Source of the DNA: a virus
Strand: one strand, 5' to 3'
Length of the DNA: 64,000 nucleotides
IMG/VR virus record: IMGVR_UViG_3300032282_006516
Location: 1 to 64,000 of that record
The notes below the pieces were generated by a model, which saw only the letters and a list, made by a program, of their open reading frames with translations, was not told where the DNA came from and searched no databases. This document shows, piece after piece, positions 36,032 through 44,649 of the stretch. A program made the position numbers and the translations under genes. Within the stretch, counting starts at the first letter, position 1. The number at the start of each line of letters is the position of its first letter.

Positions 36032-36360
36032 GTACCCGGCTCCACGACATAAAGAATGTCGTTTGCGCGGATGAGGCCCGTATCTTCCTCGACTTGCTGA
36101 AGAATACGAACCAGCTCCTTACCCTGCTGGTGCTCCAGGTTTTCGCGGAAGAACGCCACGCGGTCGCCCGGAACAACGCCCGTGGGCTGAATCGCGCCAC
36201 TCTTTCCTACCGGGCGCCCAGGACCCGTCTTGAGCACCGTGCCGTAACGCACGCGCTCCTGCCCGCTGGTTGTCGCCGGAAGGAAGATGCCGCCCGAAGA
36301 GCTTTCAGGCAGCGGCTCCAGCTTCACCAGAATCCAGTCGAGGAGAGGACGAAACGACAT
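36028..36360 (-). CDS. groES: GroES-like co-chaperonin
   Basis: FRPLLDWILV..SSGGIFLP..GTVLKTGPG..VVPGDRV..LIRANDIL. Confidence 0.85.
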   Translation of the reverse strand: MSFRPLLDWILVKLEPLPESSSGGIFLPATTSGQERVRYGTVLKTGPGRPVGKSGAIQPTGVVPGDRVAFFRENLEHQQGKELVRILQQVEEDTGLIRANDILYVVEPGT

Positions 36361-36361
36361 C

Positions 36362-36706
36362 TCACTCCTCGCCGCCCAGGACGTCCACCGCGTCTTCCTT
36401 CGGAAGCGTTGCGGTCGTCGTCTCCCCCAAGAAGCGGTCCTCCAGCGTCTTGGCGAGCTTCGAGTCCGTCGCAAGCGGGCGAAGAGTCGCCGCATAGTTC
36501 TCGCCGTTCGGAGCGATGTGCCAGACACCGCCGATACGGTGCATGAGCGTCGTGCGCACGCGCCCGTCCGAATCGGCGTAACGAACCGCGTACGTCTTCG
36601 CTTCGACGAAGTTCACGACCGTGCCGGGCTGCGCATCCGCCACCGACCGCTGTCCCTCCGGAATTCCAACACTCGTGGGGCGACCGCCCGTTACCGTTCC
36701 GAACAT
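36362..36706 (-). CDS. Hypothetical protein
   Basis: 114 aa; AGGAG RBS. Confidence 0.65.
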   Translation of the reverse strand: MFGTVTGGRPTSVGIPEGQRSVADAQPGTVVNFVEAKTYAVRYADSDGRVRTTLMHRIGGVWHIAPNGENYAATLRPLATDSKLAKTLEDRFLGETTTATLPKEDAVDVLGGEE

Positions 36707-37410
36707 ACGACGTTCTCCTTCTCGGCCTTGTAGGCGCTGTACTTCTGTTCAAGCATTCCGCGGCTTACCCACGGACGACCTTCATTCCACGCACGCGGGA
36801 AGTAGAACGCAGGCAGCGTTCCTTCCAAGAGGTGGTCCACCCGGACGTAGCCCCACTGACGAAGGCACGTGACGGCGAAACGCTCTTTGCACTTCTTCGG
36901 GCAGACAAAGACCGTGCGGAAAACAGCACCCTCACGGTCAACGCTGTCGAGTAGCCCAGGAGAGGTGTACATCCCCCAGAACCCACATCCCGGGCATTCC
37001 AGCTCGTGACCCCGCACGCGAAAGTAAACAACGTCCCCAAACGAGTCCGCGAGGGCATCGTGCCCAGCGGGAATGGGTCGGGGCGGTTCAGTCGCCTCTG
37101 CCGCACGCTGCGCGGTCAGTGAGGGGCTCTGCGATGAAAACTCCATCGACTCGATTGCCGCTTCCGGATTCGTGCGGAGCAGCTGCACCAGAGCAGCGTC
37201 GAGCTTGTAGGGAAGAAGCCCGGGGCGGTCTGTACGCTGCAGGATGACTTCCGTCTCGTCAGAGCCTGGCTCCAACACGCGCGCGAGCATCTGCATCATC
37301 TCGCGAAACTCGACGGCTACGAACTCCTGCTGCGTGCCTTCTTGTTGAATCGACCCTGTGGACGTGAACGCGCCTGGGTCACGTCGGTACTCCAATCGCA
37401 CCTGCATCAC
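36691..37410 (-). CDS. Hypothetical protein with Zn-ribbon (CPGC..CPKKC)
   Basis: 239-aa ORF. Confidence 0.65.
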   Translation of the reverse strand: MMQVRLEYRRDPGAFTSTGSIQQEGTQQEFVAVEFREMMQMLARVLEPGSDETEVILQRTDRPGLLPYKLDAALVQLLRTNPEAAIESMEFSSQSPSLTAQRAAEATEPPRPIPAGHDALADSFGDVVYFRVRGHELECPGCGFWGMYTSPGLLDSVDREGAVFRTVFVCPKKCKERFAVTCLRQWGYVRVDHLLEGTLPAFYFPRAWNEGRPWVSRGMLEQKYSAYKAEKENVVCSER

Positions 37411-37901
37411 GTAACCTCCGCCAGCACTCGACGTGCGTACGAGCTGGGGCGGGACACGCGGTACACCACAGCACCATCGGAGCTTGCGCCGAAGTACACG
37501 CGCGACCCGTCCCAGAGTTCCAGTGCGTCGACAAGCACACGCTTGGCGCCTGCAACCGTCTTCCCAATGACCGAACGAACCGGCTGCTCCCGCAAAAGCG
37601 ACTGCACCGCTTCGAGGTCACACTGCTGCTCGGCCGGAAAGCCGAGGCCGTTGAACGCCGCAAAAGCCTCCTGCGGAGTCAGGTCGTGCAGCTCCAGCAC
37701 CTGAAGCGCCTGCGCGTCCGCCTGGTTTTCCAAAAGTCCCGTGCAGCGTTTGCTGCAAATGGGACACGGAAACTGGTCGGGCCAGAATTCGCTCGTAGTT
37801 CCGACGAGTTGGTCGACCTCCATCACGCTCTCGGTATCCGAAACGCGCTGAGGCATCACGCGCACGACCAGCCCGCAGGGGAGGCAAGGGACCACAATCA
37901 T
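37407..37901 (-). CDS. Hypothetical protein with CxxC pairs
   Basis: 164 aa; ATGA overlap. Confidence 0.65.
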   Translation of the reverse strand: MIVVPCLPCGLVVRVMPQRVSDTESVMEVDQLVGTTSEFWPDQFPCPICSKRCTGLLENQADAQALQVLELHDLTPQEAFAAFNGLGFPAEQQCDLEAVQSLLREQPVRSVIGKTVAGAKRVLVDALELWDGSRVYFGASSDGAVVYRVSRPSSYARRVLAEVT

Positions 37902-38407
37902 ACGGACCCGACTCCGTCTTCATCGGGGTCACGGCTGCCCGTGATGTCGGCCGTGTTGATGCCCGCGTTCGGCACCAGCGGGTAGCCGTACTCGTCCTTC
38001 GGAACCGACCGAGAGCCGACCACCATCTTGCCGTTCGGAAGCCGCTGAACCACCGACCCCTTGAGTGCCGGCGGCGTCGGAACCGGAGCGGGAGCGGGTG
38101 CCTCCGCAACCGGCATCGACGGCTCCGGTTCGTGTCCGCCAAAGACGTGCACGACGTCTCCCGTCTCCTCGGGCGCGGAGTAGGCGACAGGTGCAACCGG
38201 ACGAGGGGCGGGAGCCGGTGGCTGAATCGCGGCCTGCGGCGGGCCGTTCTCGCCGACATGAGCTTCCATGATTTCCGTCACGGCGCTGTCGTCCACGGCG
38301 GCACGAACCACCGCTCCGCTCGGCAGCCGCAGAATGAGGTACGTCAGTGTTGTGTTCTGCTCCAGGTCCATCTCCTGGGCGATTCCCGAGATTACGCAGA
38401 GCATCAC
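37898..38407 (-). CDS. Pro-rich hypothetical protein
   Basis: 169-aa ORF. Confidence 0.65.
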   Translation of the reverse strand: MMLCVISGIAQEMDLEQNTTLTYLILRLPSGAVVRAAVDDSAVTEIMEAHVGENGPPQAAIQPPAPAPRPVAPVAYSAPEETGDVVHVFGGHEPEPSMPVAEAPAPAPVPTPPALKGSVVQRLPNGKMVVGSRSVPKDEYGYPLVPNAGINTADITGSRDPDEDGVGSV

Positions 38408-38709
38408 TTCACCACCGGAGGCGGCGGGAACCCCGCACGCACCCGGTCCGCAGCCGCGTTCTTCGCCTGCTTAGTCAGCTCGGAGCCAACCGAAGCGAGC
38501 ACCACCAAGTGCTTGCCCGCCCGATGCGCGTTGACGAGCAGCATGCAGTTCGCCCACTGCTGGTCTTGGTAGTCAGGACCATCTGGGCGGGTGATGTACG
38601 CCATGCAATCCGCCGCGCAGGGGCGGTCATTGCTCAGAAAGCAGATGAGGCCTTCCGGCTCTTTGAGCGTGGGGTGGTGCGGCGCCGGGTCAGTCACGGG
38701 GCGGTGCAT
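38404..38709 (-). CDS. Cys-containing hypothetical protein
   Basis: 101-aa ORF. Confidence 0.65.
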   Translation of the reverse strand: MHRPVTDPAPHHPTLKEPEGLICFLSNDRPCAADCMAYITRPDGPDYQDQQWANCMLLVNAHRAGKHLVVLASVGSELTKQAKNAAADRVRAGFPPPPVVK

Positions 38710-39109
38710 GCTGTTCTTTCTCCAACTCGGCGCGGGTGGTCACAATGCTGGCAGCGAGTGCCTTGGCGATGGTGGCGATGTAACGAGCCAGAATCTGCTG
38801 TGTCTTCTTGGCGTTCTTCGGGGTGGGCGCTTCGAGAAAGCCCCACTTGATGAGCATGCGCCCGACATCCTGTGCGAACTGCTGGGAGAGCAGGCGTCGA
38901 ATGTCGGAGAAGAACTGCTGAAACACAGCGTCCGGAGAACCCAAGTCGTGCGCGAAGGGCAGCGCAGCAAGCTCTTCTTTTTTGCCCTGCCAAGAGCACA
39001 CGTTGCACTTGGCAGCGCCGCCTGCGAGAGCCGAAACCGACACATCGGCCGCCCCGCATTGCGCGCAGAACCACGCCACGTCGGTTGTCTGTGCGTTCGT
39101 CGGTGTCAT
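38690..39109 (-). CDS. Zn-ribbon hypothetical (CAQC..CNVC)
   Basis: ATG at 39109 in an ATGA overlap. Confidence 0.65.
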   Translation of the reverse strand: MTPTNAQTTDVAWFCAQCGAADVSVSALAGGAAKCNVCSWQGKKEELAALPFAHDLGSPDAVFQQFFSDIRRLLSQQFAQDVGRMLIKWGFLEAPTPKNAKKTQQILARYIATIAKALAASIVTTRAELEKEQHAPPRD

Positions 39110-39558
39110 ACAGGAATGCTCTTCCCCAGTTTGGCGTAGAGGGCGTTCATCGCCTCGCGAGACCGTCCGGTTTCCGGCTTCTCGTTTTCCTTTTCGACAA
39201 TCTTCGTCTTCATGCGGCTGCGCATCTGGGACTCCTGCCAAAGCGGCTTGATTCCAAGAGCGCCCTTCTCGACTTCGTGCATGAGGATTTTGATGTGGTC
39301 CTCTTTGTCGCGACTCTTCTGTGTCTCGACCCAGGGAAACGCGATCTTCATGTAGTCGTCGAAGACTTCTTTCGCCTTGTCCTTCGCGATGATTGCCTGC
39401 GCGAGCGCTCGTAGCCGGGCGTGCTCAACTTGTTCTTTCTTGAGCACGTACAGCATGAGGATAGACTCCCGAAGAGACCCCTTTTGGGGCGGCTCACGCA
39501 GGGACTCGAACAACAAAGTTGCACGAGCCCAGCCCTCGGGTGTCTCTAGCCATTTCCC
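39106..39558 (-). CDS. Tail assembly chaperone frameshift extension (GT-like; -1 frame)
   Basis: Frame open from GGG-AAA-TGG (KWLETPEGWARATLLFES..) with no convincing start or RBS of its own. Confidence 0.7.
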   Translation of the reverse strand, partial: GKWLETPEGWARATLLFESLREPPQKGSLRESILMLYVLKKEQVEHARLRALAQAIIAKDKAKEVFDDYMKIAFPWVETQKSRDKEDHIKILMHEVEKGALGIKPLWQESQMRSRMKTKIVEKENEKPETGRSREAMNALYAKLGKSIPV

Positions 39559-40739
39559 AGTTTTTCGGCCACGAAGAGCTTGCGGACTCGAATGTCGAAC
39601 CAGAAGTAGTTCACACCAAGAGACGCGAGCATGTGGAAGGGATAGCGCGTGACGAAGTCGAACTTCCGCCAGAACAGGTCTTCGTCAAAACGACCATCCT
39701 TGTCCTGGTGACTCGGGATGACGTTGTTGTTGATGGAGCGAAGACCAATCGTCACGGCCATGAGCGAGAACTTGTCGAGAAGGTAGCGGTCGCTCACCTC
39801 GACACCCTTTGACTCCGCCATGACGAGGCGCTTGATGGCGAGGTCCTCGCCACCGGTCATTGACTGGAACTCGGGCTCGAACTTTCCAGGAATGACGGGA
39901 ACCCGCTGCGTCACGAATCCCCGCATGATGAGGTCGGTGATGTCGAGCGGCACACAGCGCTTCTCGATGATTTCGCGCTGTTCCTCGTTGTTGATGATGT
40001 CCTTCATCATCATCTCGCGGAACGTATTGAAGTCGAAATCGTCGAGCTTCTTAACGGCCTCGGTCGCGTTCTTCTGCGCCGTAGCAGTATCGGCTTGAGG
40101 TCCGTTCTCTGGCGAGTTGCCGAGACGTCCCGCCGAACCAGCAACACCCTGAGCGGCTTCGCGTTCGATGCGCGCGTCTTCGCTCTCCGCTTGCTGCCGC
40201 TGCTGCTGGGCTTCCTGCACCGCCTTGAGGCCTTCCAGCGTCTTCTGGCTCAACCCCTTGTTCGCCTGCCCGAGCTGTTGAGGCGAGATGCGGTTGCCGT
40301 TACGGATGACACCGTACTTGTACGCCAGCATCGGCTGCGCCGTGGCGTACATCGAGCCCTGACCCTCTCGAAAGTCGGGGTCGCTACGGGCCTCATTCGG
40401 CAGAATGTCGATGGGCAGCAGGTTGGTGGGCGGACGACTCATCGCAGGGTTCTGGCTCGGGGCTTCTTGAAACACGGCTCCTGTGGGTCCGGTGAAGATG
40501 TTCGACGGTGTCATGGCCACGCGCTGCATCTCCGCCTGGTCGGCCATCGTCAGGTTTTCCCCTGCCGGCAAATCCAAGCGGGGAATCGACGGCGTGGGGC
40601 CGCCTGCCACCGGCTGCGTGTACTTGGGTGGACCGCTCTTACGCTCAGCAAAGCCCGCCGCGTACTTGAGTGCCTGCGGGTCGGTAATCCCCGGGGCCAC
40701 CACTGGCCCTCCAAACTGCATCGGGTCGTCTCGCTTCAA
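39546..40739 (-). CDS. Tail assembly chaperone (G-like) with long low-complexity N-terminus
   Basis: C-terminal VIPGKFEPEFQSMTGGE..NYFWFDIRVRKLF; ends in the slippery site. Confidence 0.6.
   Translation of the reverse strand: MKRDDPMQFGGPVVAPGITDPQALKYAAGFAERKSGPPKYTQPVAGGPTPSIPRLDLPAGENLTMADQAEMQRVAMTPSNIFTGPTGAVFQEAPSQNPAMSRPPTNLLPIDILPNEARSDPDFREGQGSMYATAQPMLAYKYGVIRNGNRISPQQLGQANKGLSQKTLEGLKAVQEAQQQRQQAESEDARIEREAAQGVAGSAGRLGNSPENGPQADTATAQKNATEAVKKLDDFDFNTFREMMMKDIINNEEQREIIEKRCVPLDITDLIMRGFVTQRVPVIPGKFEPEFQSMTGGEDLAIKRLVMAESKGVEVSDRYLLDKFSLMAVTIGLRSINNNVIPSHQDKDGRFDEDLFWRKFDFVTRYPFHMLASLGVNYFWFDIRVRKLFVAEKLGNG
39552..39558 (-). other. -1 programmed ribosomal frameshift heptamer G GGA AAT
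   Basis: In-frame CTG GGA AAT GGC TAG is an X XXY YYZ heptamer one codon before the stop. Confidence 0.75.
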
Positions 40740-40767
40740 GCCGTCATCCTTCCTTCCACCCGTTCTG

Positions 40768-40800
40768 TACTCACGACGTACTCCTCATGTCAATGAGGAG
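40768..40800 (-). promoter_or_regulatory. Sigma70-like promoter (TTGACA-N18-TACAGA) overlapped by an 8-bp inverted repeat
   Basis: CTCCTCAT-GTCA-ATGAGGAG at 40781-40800 spans the TTGACA. Confidence 0.45.
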
Positions 40801-40835
40801 CTAGAAAAAAGGCGCCGGTCAATCGACCGACGCCT
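40800..40835 (-). terminator. Hairpin plus TTTTTTCTAGC
   Basis: AGGCGTCGGTC-gatt-GACCGGCGCCT followed by a U-tract. Confidence 0.75.
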
Positions 40836-40840
40836 CGTAC

Positions 40841-41221
40841 TCACTCGCTCACCGCTCCCAGCAGCAGAGCCTGTAACTGCTCCTGTGCCATGTCTCCTGG
40901 GAAGGTCAGCACTTTGGCGAGGGTGACACTGATGAGACGCAGTGGAACGTCCCAAGGGTCCGAGAGCCTCGCCCGCAAAAGAAGAAAGGGGCCCTGAGCG
41001 GCCACTGTACGTTCGGGATTAGTGAAAACAAGCTGCACGTCCGGAGGAAAAAAGTGCTGCAGTAGCATTCCCTGCAGCACCAGGATTCCCGCCGCAGGCG
41101 AGTACGTCAGTGACGGAAGGTCGAGACGCTCAAACTCCACACCGCCTGCGCACATGCGTTTTCGCGAGATGCGCGGACCGTATGCGATTGTTCCGGCCCA
41201 ACCTCCACCGCACAACTCTAC
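40841..41221 (-). CDS. Hypothetical protein (start uncertain: GTA 41221, TTG 41215 or ATG ~41158)
   Basis: Open frame between 41218..41472 and the terminator. Confidence 0.5.
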   Translation of the reverse strand, partial: VELCGGGWAGTIAYGPRISRKRMCAGGVEFERLDLPSLTYSPAAGILVLQGMLLQHFFPPDVQLVFTNPERTVAAQGPFLLLRARLSDPWDVPLRLISVTLAKVLTFPGDMAQEQLQALLLGAVSE

Positions 41222-41472
41222 TCCGAAGGAATCTTCGTCCACCCCACGGGAAGTTGGAGCTTCTTCGGGGGCGGTTCGTTCATCACCTTCATCTTGTGCC
41301 GCTTGCATACGGGACACCTACCTACGTCAGGGTTTGTCGGGTCCTCCGGAATGACACTTCCCAGAGTCCACCCGGCACTCATGGCTTGTTCGAGGGCTGC
41401 TTTCCCGAAGCATCCGGGATGCGAGCACACGAGTTTGTACTCGAAGAACAGAGGGTTGACCATTTTGGGCAT
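41218..41472 (-). CDS. Small Cys-containing protein
   Basis: 84 aa; CSHPGC..CPVC. Confidence 0.6.
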   Translation of the reverse strand: MPKMVNPLFFEYKLVCSHPGCFGKAALEQAMSAGWTLGSVIPEDPTNPDVGRCPVCKRHKMKVMNEPPPKKLQLPVGWTKIPSE

Positions 41473-41887
41473 GGTAGTTCTTCACCGCTTCCTTGATGGC
41501 CGCGAGGTACTCACGGCTCCCAGGATTGTACATGCGGACCCAGCCAAGCCTCTTGCAGTCCTTCTTGCAAAGAGACCGCATCAAACTGAGAAGGCGACCA
41601 ACACGATGAAGGTTGTACTGGGGGTTGAGCAGAGGCTGAACCGACGCCTCATCACAACGCGTATTGACCTGCCCCAGTCCGACTGAGCACGAGCCATTGT
41701 TTTCGTGCCGAACCGACCCCGAGCGCCAGTGTGTCTCTCGGTGGACGATGGCTTGAATCAACCAAGGGTCGAGCTTGTTCGTGTGCGCCTCGTGGAAAAC
41801 CCACTCAGCGTACTGCGCTGCCCGCGCTTCGGACAATCCCGGATTGCTCTGCCGAATGGCTTGCGCCAGGGCGAGTTCGATGAGCAT
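41327..41887 (-). CDS. Lytic transglycosylase (SLT domain)
   Basis: LDPWLIQAIVHRETHW (catalytic E), SVGLGQVN, LLNPQYN, YNPG. Confidence 0.8.
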   Translation of the reverse strand: MLIELALAQAIRQSNPGLSEARAAQYAEWVFHEAHTNKLDPWLIQAIVHRETHWRSGSVRHENNGSCSVGLGQVNTRCDEASVQPLLNPQYNLHRVGRLLSLMRSLCKKDCKRLGWVRMYNPGSREYLAAIKEAVKNYHAQNGQPSVLRVQTRVLASRMLRESSPRTSHECRVDSGKCHSGGPDKP

Positions 41888-42158
41888 CTGCTTTCTCCGC
41901 TAGTTGGATGACTTGTTCTAGGACTTCTTTTTTCGTGAGGTCGCGTGTGGGTTCCGCCGGACCAAGCGTCAGACGGCGCTCCAACAGCGCAACCCGAATC
42001 GCTTCACGTTGAATCGTGAGCAGCGATTTCAGCTCCTCGGTGGCTCGCGCCTCCAGGCGTTCCGCCACCGAAAAGCACATGGGGCAAACAAACACAGCGG
42101 CGAAGATTTTCGCCTCGTTCGGGTCAACCGGATTCTGGCAGTTGGTACAGGGGAGCAT
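41805..42158 (-). CDS. Zn-ribbon hypothetical (CTNC..CPMC)
   Basis: 117-aa ORF. Confidence 0.65.
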   Translation of the reverse strand: MLPCTNCQNPVDPNEAKIFAAVFVCPMCFSVAERLEARATEELKSLLTIQREAIRVALLERRLTLGPAEPTRDLTKKEVLEQVIQLAEKADAHRTRPGASHSAEQSGIVRSAGSAVR

Positions 42159-42384
42159 CTCCCCACTTTACCTCACCGTCGTACTCAACACACTTCACAA
42201 GTCGCGCCTCAAGCGAGAGAACCGCGGCGCTGACGTTTACCAGAACAAGGTGTCCGCTCGACTTCCACACCGCGCCCTTGATGACATTATCGAGAGCGTG
42301 GCGCGGCATATCCGGAAAGACATACTTCGCGCCAAGGTGCGTCTCTACAGTCACTGTGACCAGGTCATGCCCCATCGCCGACAT
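42124..42384 (-). CDS. Hypothetical protein
   Basis: 86-aa ORF. Confidence 0.6.
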   Translation of the reverse strand: MSAMGHDLVTVTVETHLGAKYVFPDMPRHALDNVIKGAVWKSSGHLVLVNVSAAVLSLEARLVKCVEYDGEVKWGDAPLYQLPESG

Positions 42385-42907
42385 CGTCCGTCCCCGTCTT
42401 CACCGCGAACACGCGGATGGTAGTAGGCGCCTTGCGCATGATGCGCTTCTGCGTTTCCGTGAGACTCTCCGCAACGCACTTGAGAAGCGCCTCCTGCTCG
42501 AAGCCAGCTGCGTCAGCCGCAACCTTGGCGTTGAGCGCCGAGTACTCGCTGCGGATGCGGAAGATGAACTGGTCCATCATCGCGTCTGCAACGTGAGCGT
42601 GCGCCTCGCAGAAAACTGGCTGCTGCATCATGTCCACCACGCGCTTGTAGCGCGGAGGCGCCGCAAAGTAGCTGCGTAGCCAGTCCCACCCACCACGCGA
42701 CCGTTGTAGCAGCGGCGCCGGATAACGAGCGACCTCGCCGCAAACACATTTGGGGGCGGCGTCGTAATCGGCTCGCGCACGGTCTTCGAACTTCTGTTGT
42801 TCTTCCCGCCGCGTCGGCTTGTGGAAATGCGTCATTAGGGCGCGAACCATCACCGCGCCCATGATGCCAGCACAAAGCACAAGGAAAACTCCCTGCGTGG
42901 TATCCAT
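42365..42907 (-). CDS. Membrane-anchored protein with Cys/His motif
   Basis: AAGGAG RBS; N-terminal TM segment; CVCG..FCEAH. Confidence 0.7.
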   Translation of the reverse strand: MDTTQGVFLVLCAGIMGAVMVRALMTHFHKPTRREEQQKFEDRARADYDAAPKCVCGEVARYPAPLLQRSRGGWDWLRSYFAAPPRYKRVVDMMQQPVFCEAHAHVADAMMDQFIFRIRSEYSALNAKVAADAAGFEQEALLKCVAESLTETQKRIMRKAPTTIRVFAVKTGTDDVGDGA

Positions 42908-42932
42908 TCGCGTACTCCTTGAACTTGTTTTA

Positions 42933-43253
42933 CTACAACGCCAACAAGGCGTCGCGGTCCCGACGCAAATGCTCTTCGCGCTCAATCTTTTGCAAGAGAG
43001 CCTGAAGGCCGAGAAGATGCTGCACCAACTCCGCGCGCAGATATTCCGTCTGCACGGTCAGCGCTTCCAACGCGCGCTCGGCGTGCTGTTCTGCACGCCG
43101 AAGCTCAAGAAGCGCGTAGAACTGCCCGTCGTCCAAGAGTTGTTGGATGACGGGGTCTACCTGATTTCGCCGAAGTACTTCTTCCGGCAACGTGCGGGTG
43201 AAGTGACCGATGTCGAGCAGCCGCGCGACGAACTCCAGCTCCGTCAGTGTCAC
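42933..43253 (-). CDS. Helical hypothetical protein
   Basis: GTG at 43253 in a GTGA overlap. Confidence 0.6.
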   Translation of the reverse strand: MTLTELEFVARLLDIGHFTRTLPEEVLRRNQVDPVIQQLLDDGQFYALLELRRAEQHAERALEALTVQTEYLRAELVQHLLGLQALLQKIEREEHLRRDRDALLAL

Positions 43254-43648
43254 GGCTGCACGAAGTAGTCGTCCACCGGTGTCCACCCCAGCAACGCCCC
43301 AGGGTCCGGCGTCACCAGGATGTTCACGGCGTTCTTCGTTTTCTGCCGCACCACACCCAAGACATCCGCCTTGGAAACGGGACGGGTCAGAAACTGGATG
43401 AAGTACCGAAGCTCCGGCGGCCACGTCTTAGGAAAACTCACGCCTGGGGGGAGAGGTGCGTTCGGGTCCTGCCACTGAACCCACAGGCTGTAGCGCTTTA
43501 CGCCGTTCGCCTTCTCGATGTCCTGAAGCGCCGTTTCCAAGACAAGCGCCTTGTCCTGGTTGACGCTGCCGTCCGAGTTCAGCGTGCCCTGCTGCGCCAG
43601 GGAGATGAGCGCTTCGTACTGTTCCTGCGTAAGCGTGAACGTGGCCAT
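43250..43648 (-). CDS. Hypothetical protein
   Basis: 132-aa ORF. Confidence 0.7.
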   Translation of the reverse strand: MATFTLTQEQYEALISLAQQGTLNSDGSVNQDKALVLETALQDIEKANGVKRYSLWVQWQDPNAPLPPGVSFPKTWPPELRYFIQFLTRPVSKADVLGVVRQKTKNAVNILVTPDPGALLGWTPVDDYFVQP

Positions 43649-43660
43649 GCCGAGAGCCTA

Positions 43661-44344
43661 CTACTCCTTGCCCTGAGCGAGAAAGCGCCGGAGAAGGCCC
43701 CTGGCCCGCTCCTTCAGTTCAGCAACTGTGCCGTCGTTCAGCAACACCGCGTCAAAAAGACTCGGGTCGATGCTTTCTTGCTCGGTTTCGCTCGCATGTT
43801 GCCCCGCCACGCCGCGGAGCCCCGCAGACGGTCGCTCCAAGCGCCAAACAATGCCGCCACCGCGTCGAATCGCATCGACTTCATTCTTGAAACGAACGTC
43901 CGGAATGATGACGCCCTTCGGCGCCAGCCACGCCGGCTGGATACCCGTCTGGGCGGTGTAGTTCAGCGTCCGCGCGGTGCCTGCAGAATCTAGGAGCGTG
44001 GTTGCCGCGCGCAGAGCGTAGTCAATCCACACGTTCTCGTAGCACGCCCTTCCCCACTCTGTACCGAGCTGCTGGAGGGCGTACCGCGGTGTCAGAAAGC
44101 CCTGGAAGTCATGCGCGCCACTGCCTTCCGGTGCTCGACTCCACTCCGATGGATAGCGCGTATCGGGCGCGTTTCGCTTCTCACTCGGCCCCCAAAGCTG
44201 TTCGTCGGTAAAGGCGAACACATCTTTGCAGAACCGCTTGAGCGGGTCGGCCAGGGAGACTTTCGTAAAACCGAAGTCTTTGACCAGGGCGTCCGCTGCG
44301 GTGTCCTTGCCGCTTCCGGCGAGGCCGCACAGACCCAAAATCAC
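43661..44344 (-). CDS. Deoxynucleoside monophosphate kinase
   Basis: GLAGSGKDT, SLADPLK, TPRYALQQLGTEWGR, IPDVRFKNE, HASE. Confidence 0.92.
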   Translation of the reverse strand: MILGLCGLAGSGKDTAADALVKDFGFTKVSLADPLKRFCKDVFAFTDEQLWGPSEKRNAPDTRYPSEWSRAPEGSGAHDFQGFLTPRYALQQLGTEWGRACYENVWIDYALRAATTLLDSAGTARTLNYTAQTGIQPAWLAPKGVIIPDVRFKNEVDAIRRGGGIVWRLERPSAGLRGVAGQHASETEQESIDPSLFDAVLLNDGTVAELKERARGLLRRFLAQGKE

Positions 44345-44649
44345 AGGAGCACCTCGATACCGGCCACCCGCGCACGGCGAAGCAGCACGTCCCGACGACC
44401 GCCCTGACGCCACACGCGGCCGTCCGAGATGTCGAGGAAATGCGTACCGTCCTGCGTGCGCAGGCGCCCCGTCAACGGACCTTCGGACACCGGCTGTTCA
44501 GCCGGAGCGGTCACAACAATCTGCGAACCCAGAAGGTTCAGCATGTCCTGCGCGGCCGTTTGAATTGCAATCTTAACGTACGCTTCCAGGTCATCGACGA
44601 AACGAAGAACGTGCGGCGCGATGGACTGGTTCAGTTGCTCGTGTGTCAT
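44341..44649 (-). CDS. Hypothetical protein
   Basis: 102 aa; overlaps both neighbours by 4 nt. Confidence 0.65.
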   Translation of the reverse strand: MTHEQLNQSIAPHVLRFVDDLEAYVKIAIQTAAQDMLNLLGSQIVVTAPAEQPVSEGPLTGRLRTQDGTHFLDISDGRVWRQGGRRDVLLRRARVAGIEVLL

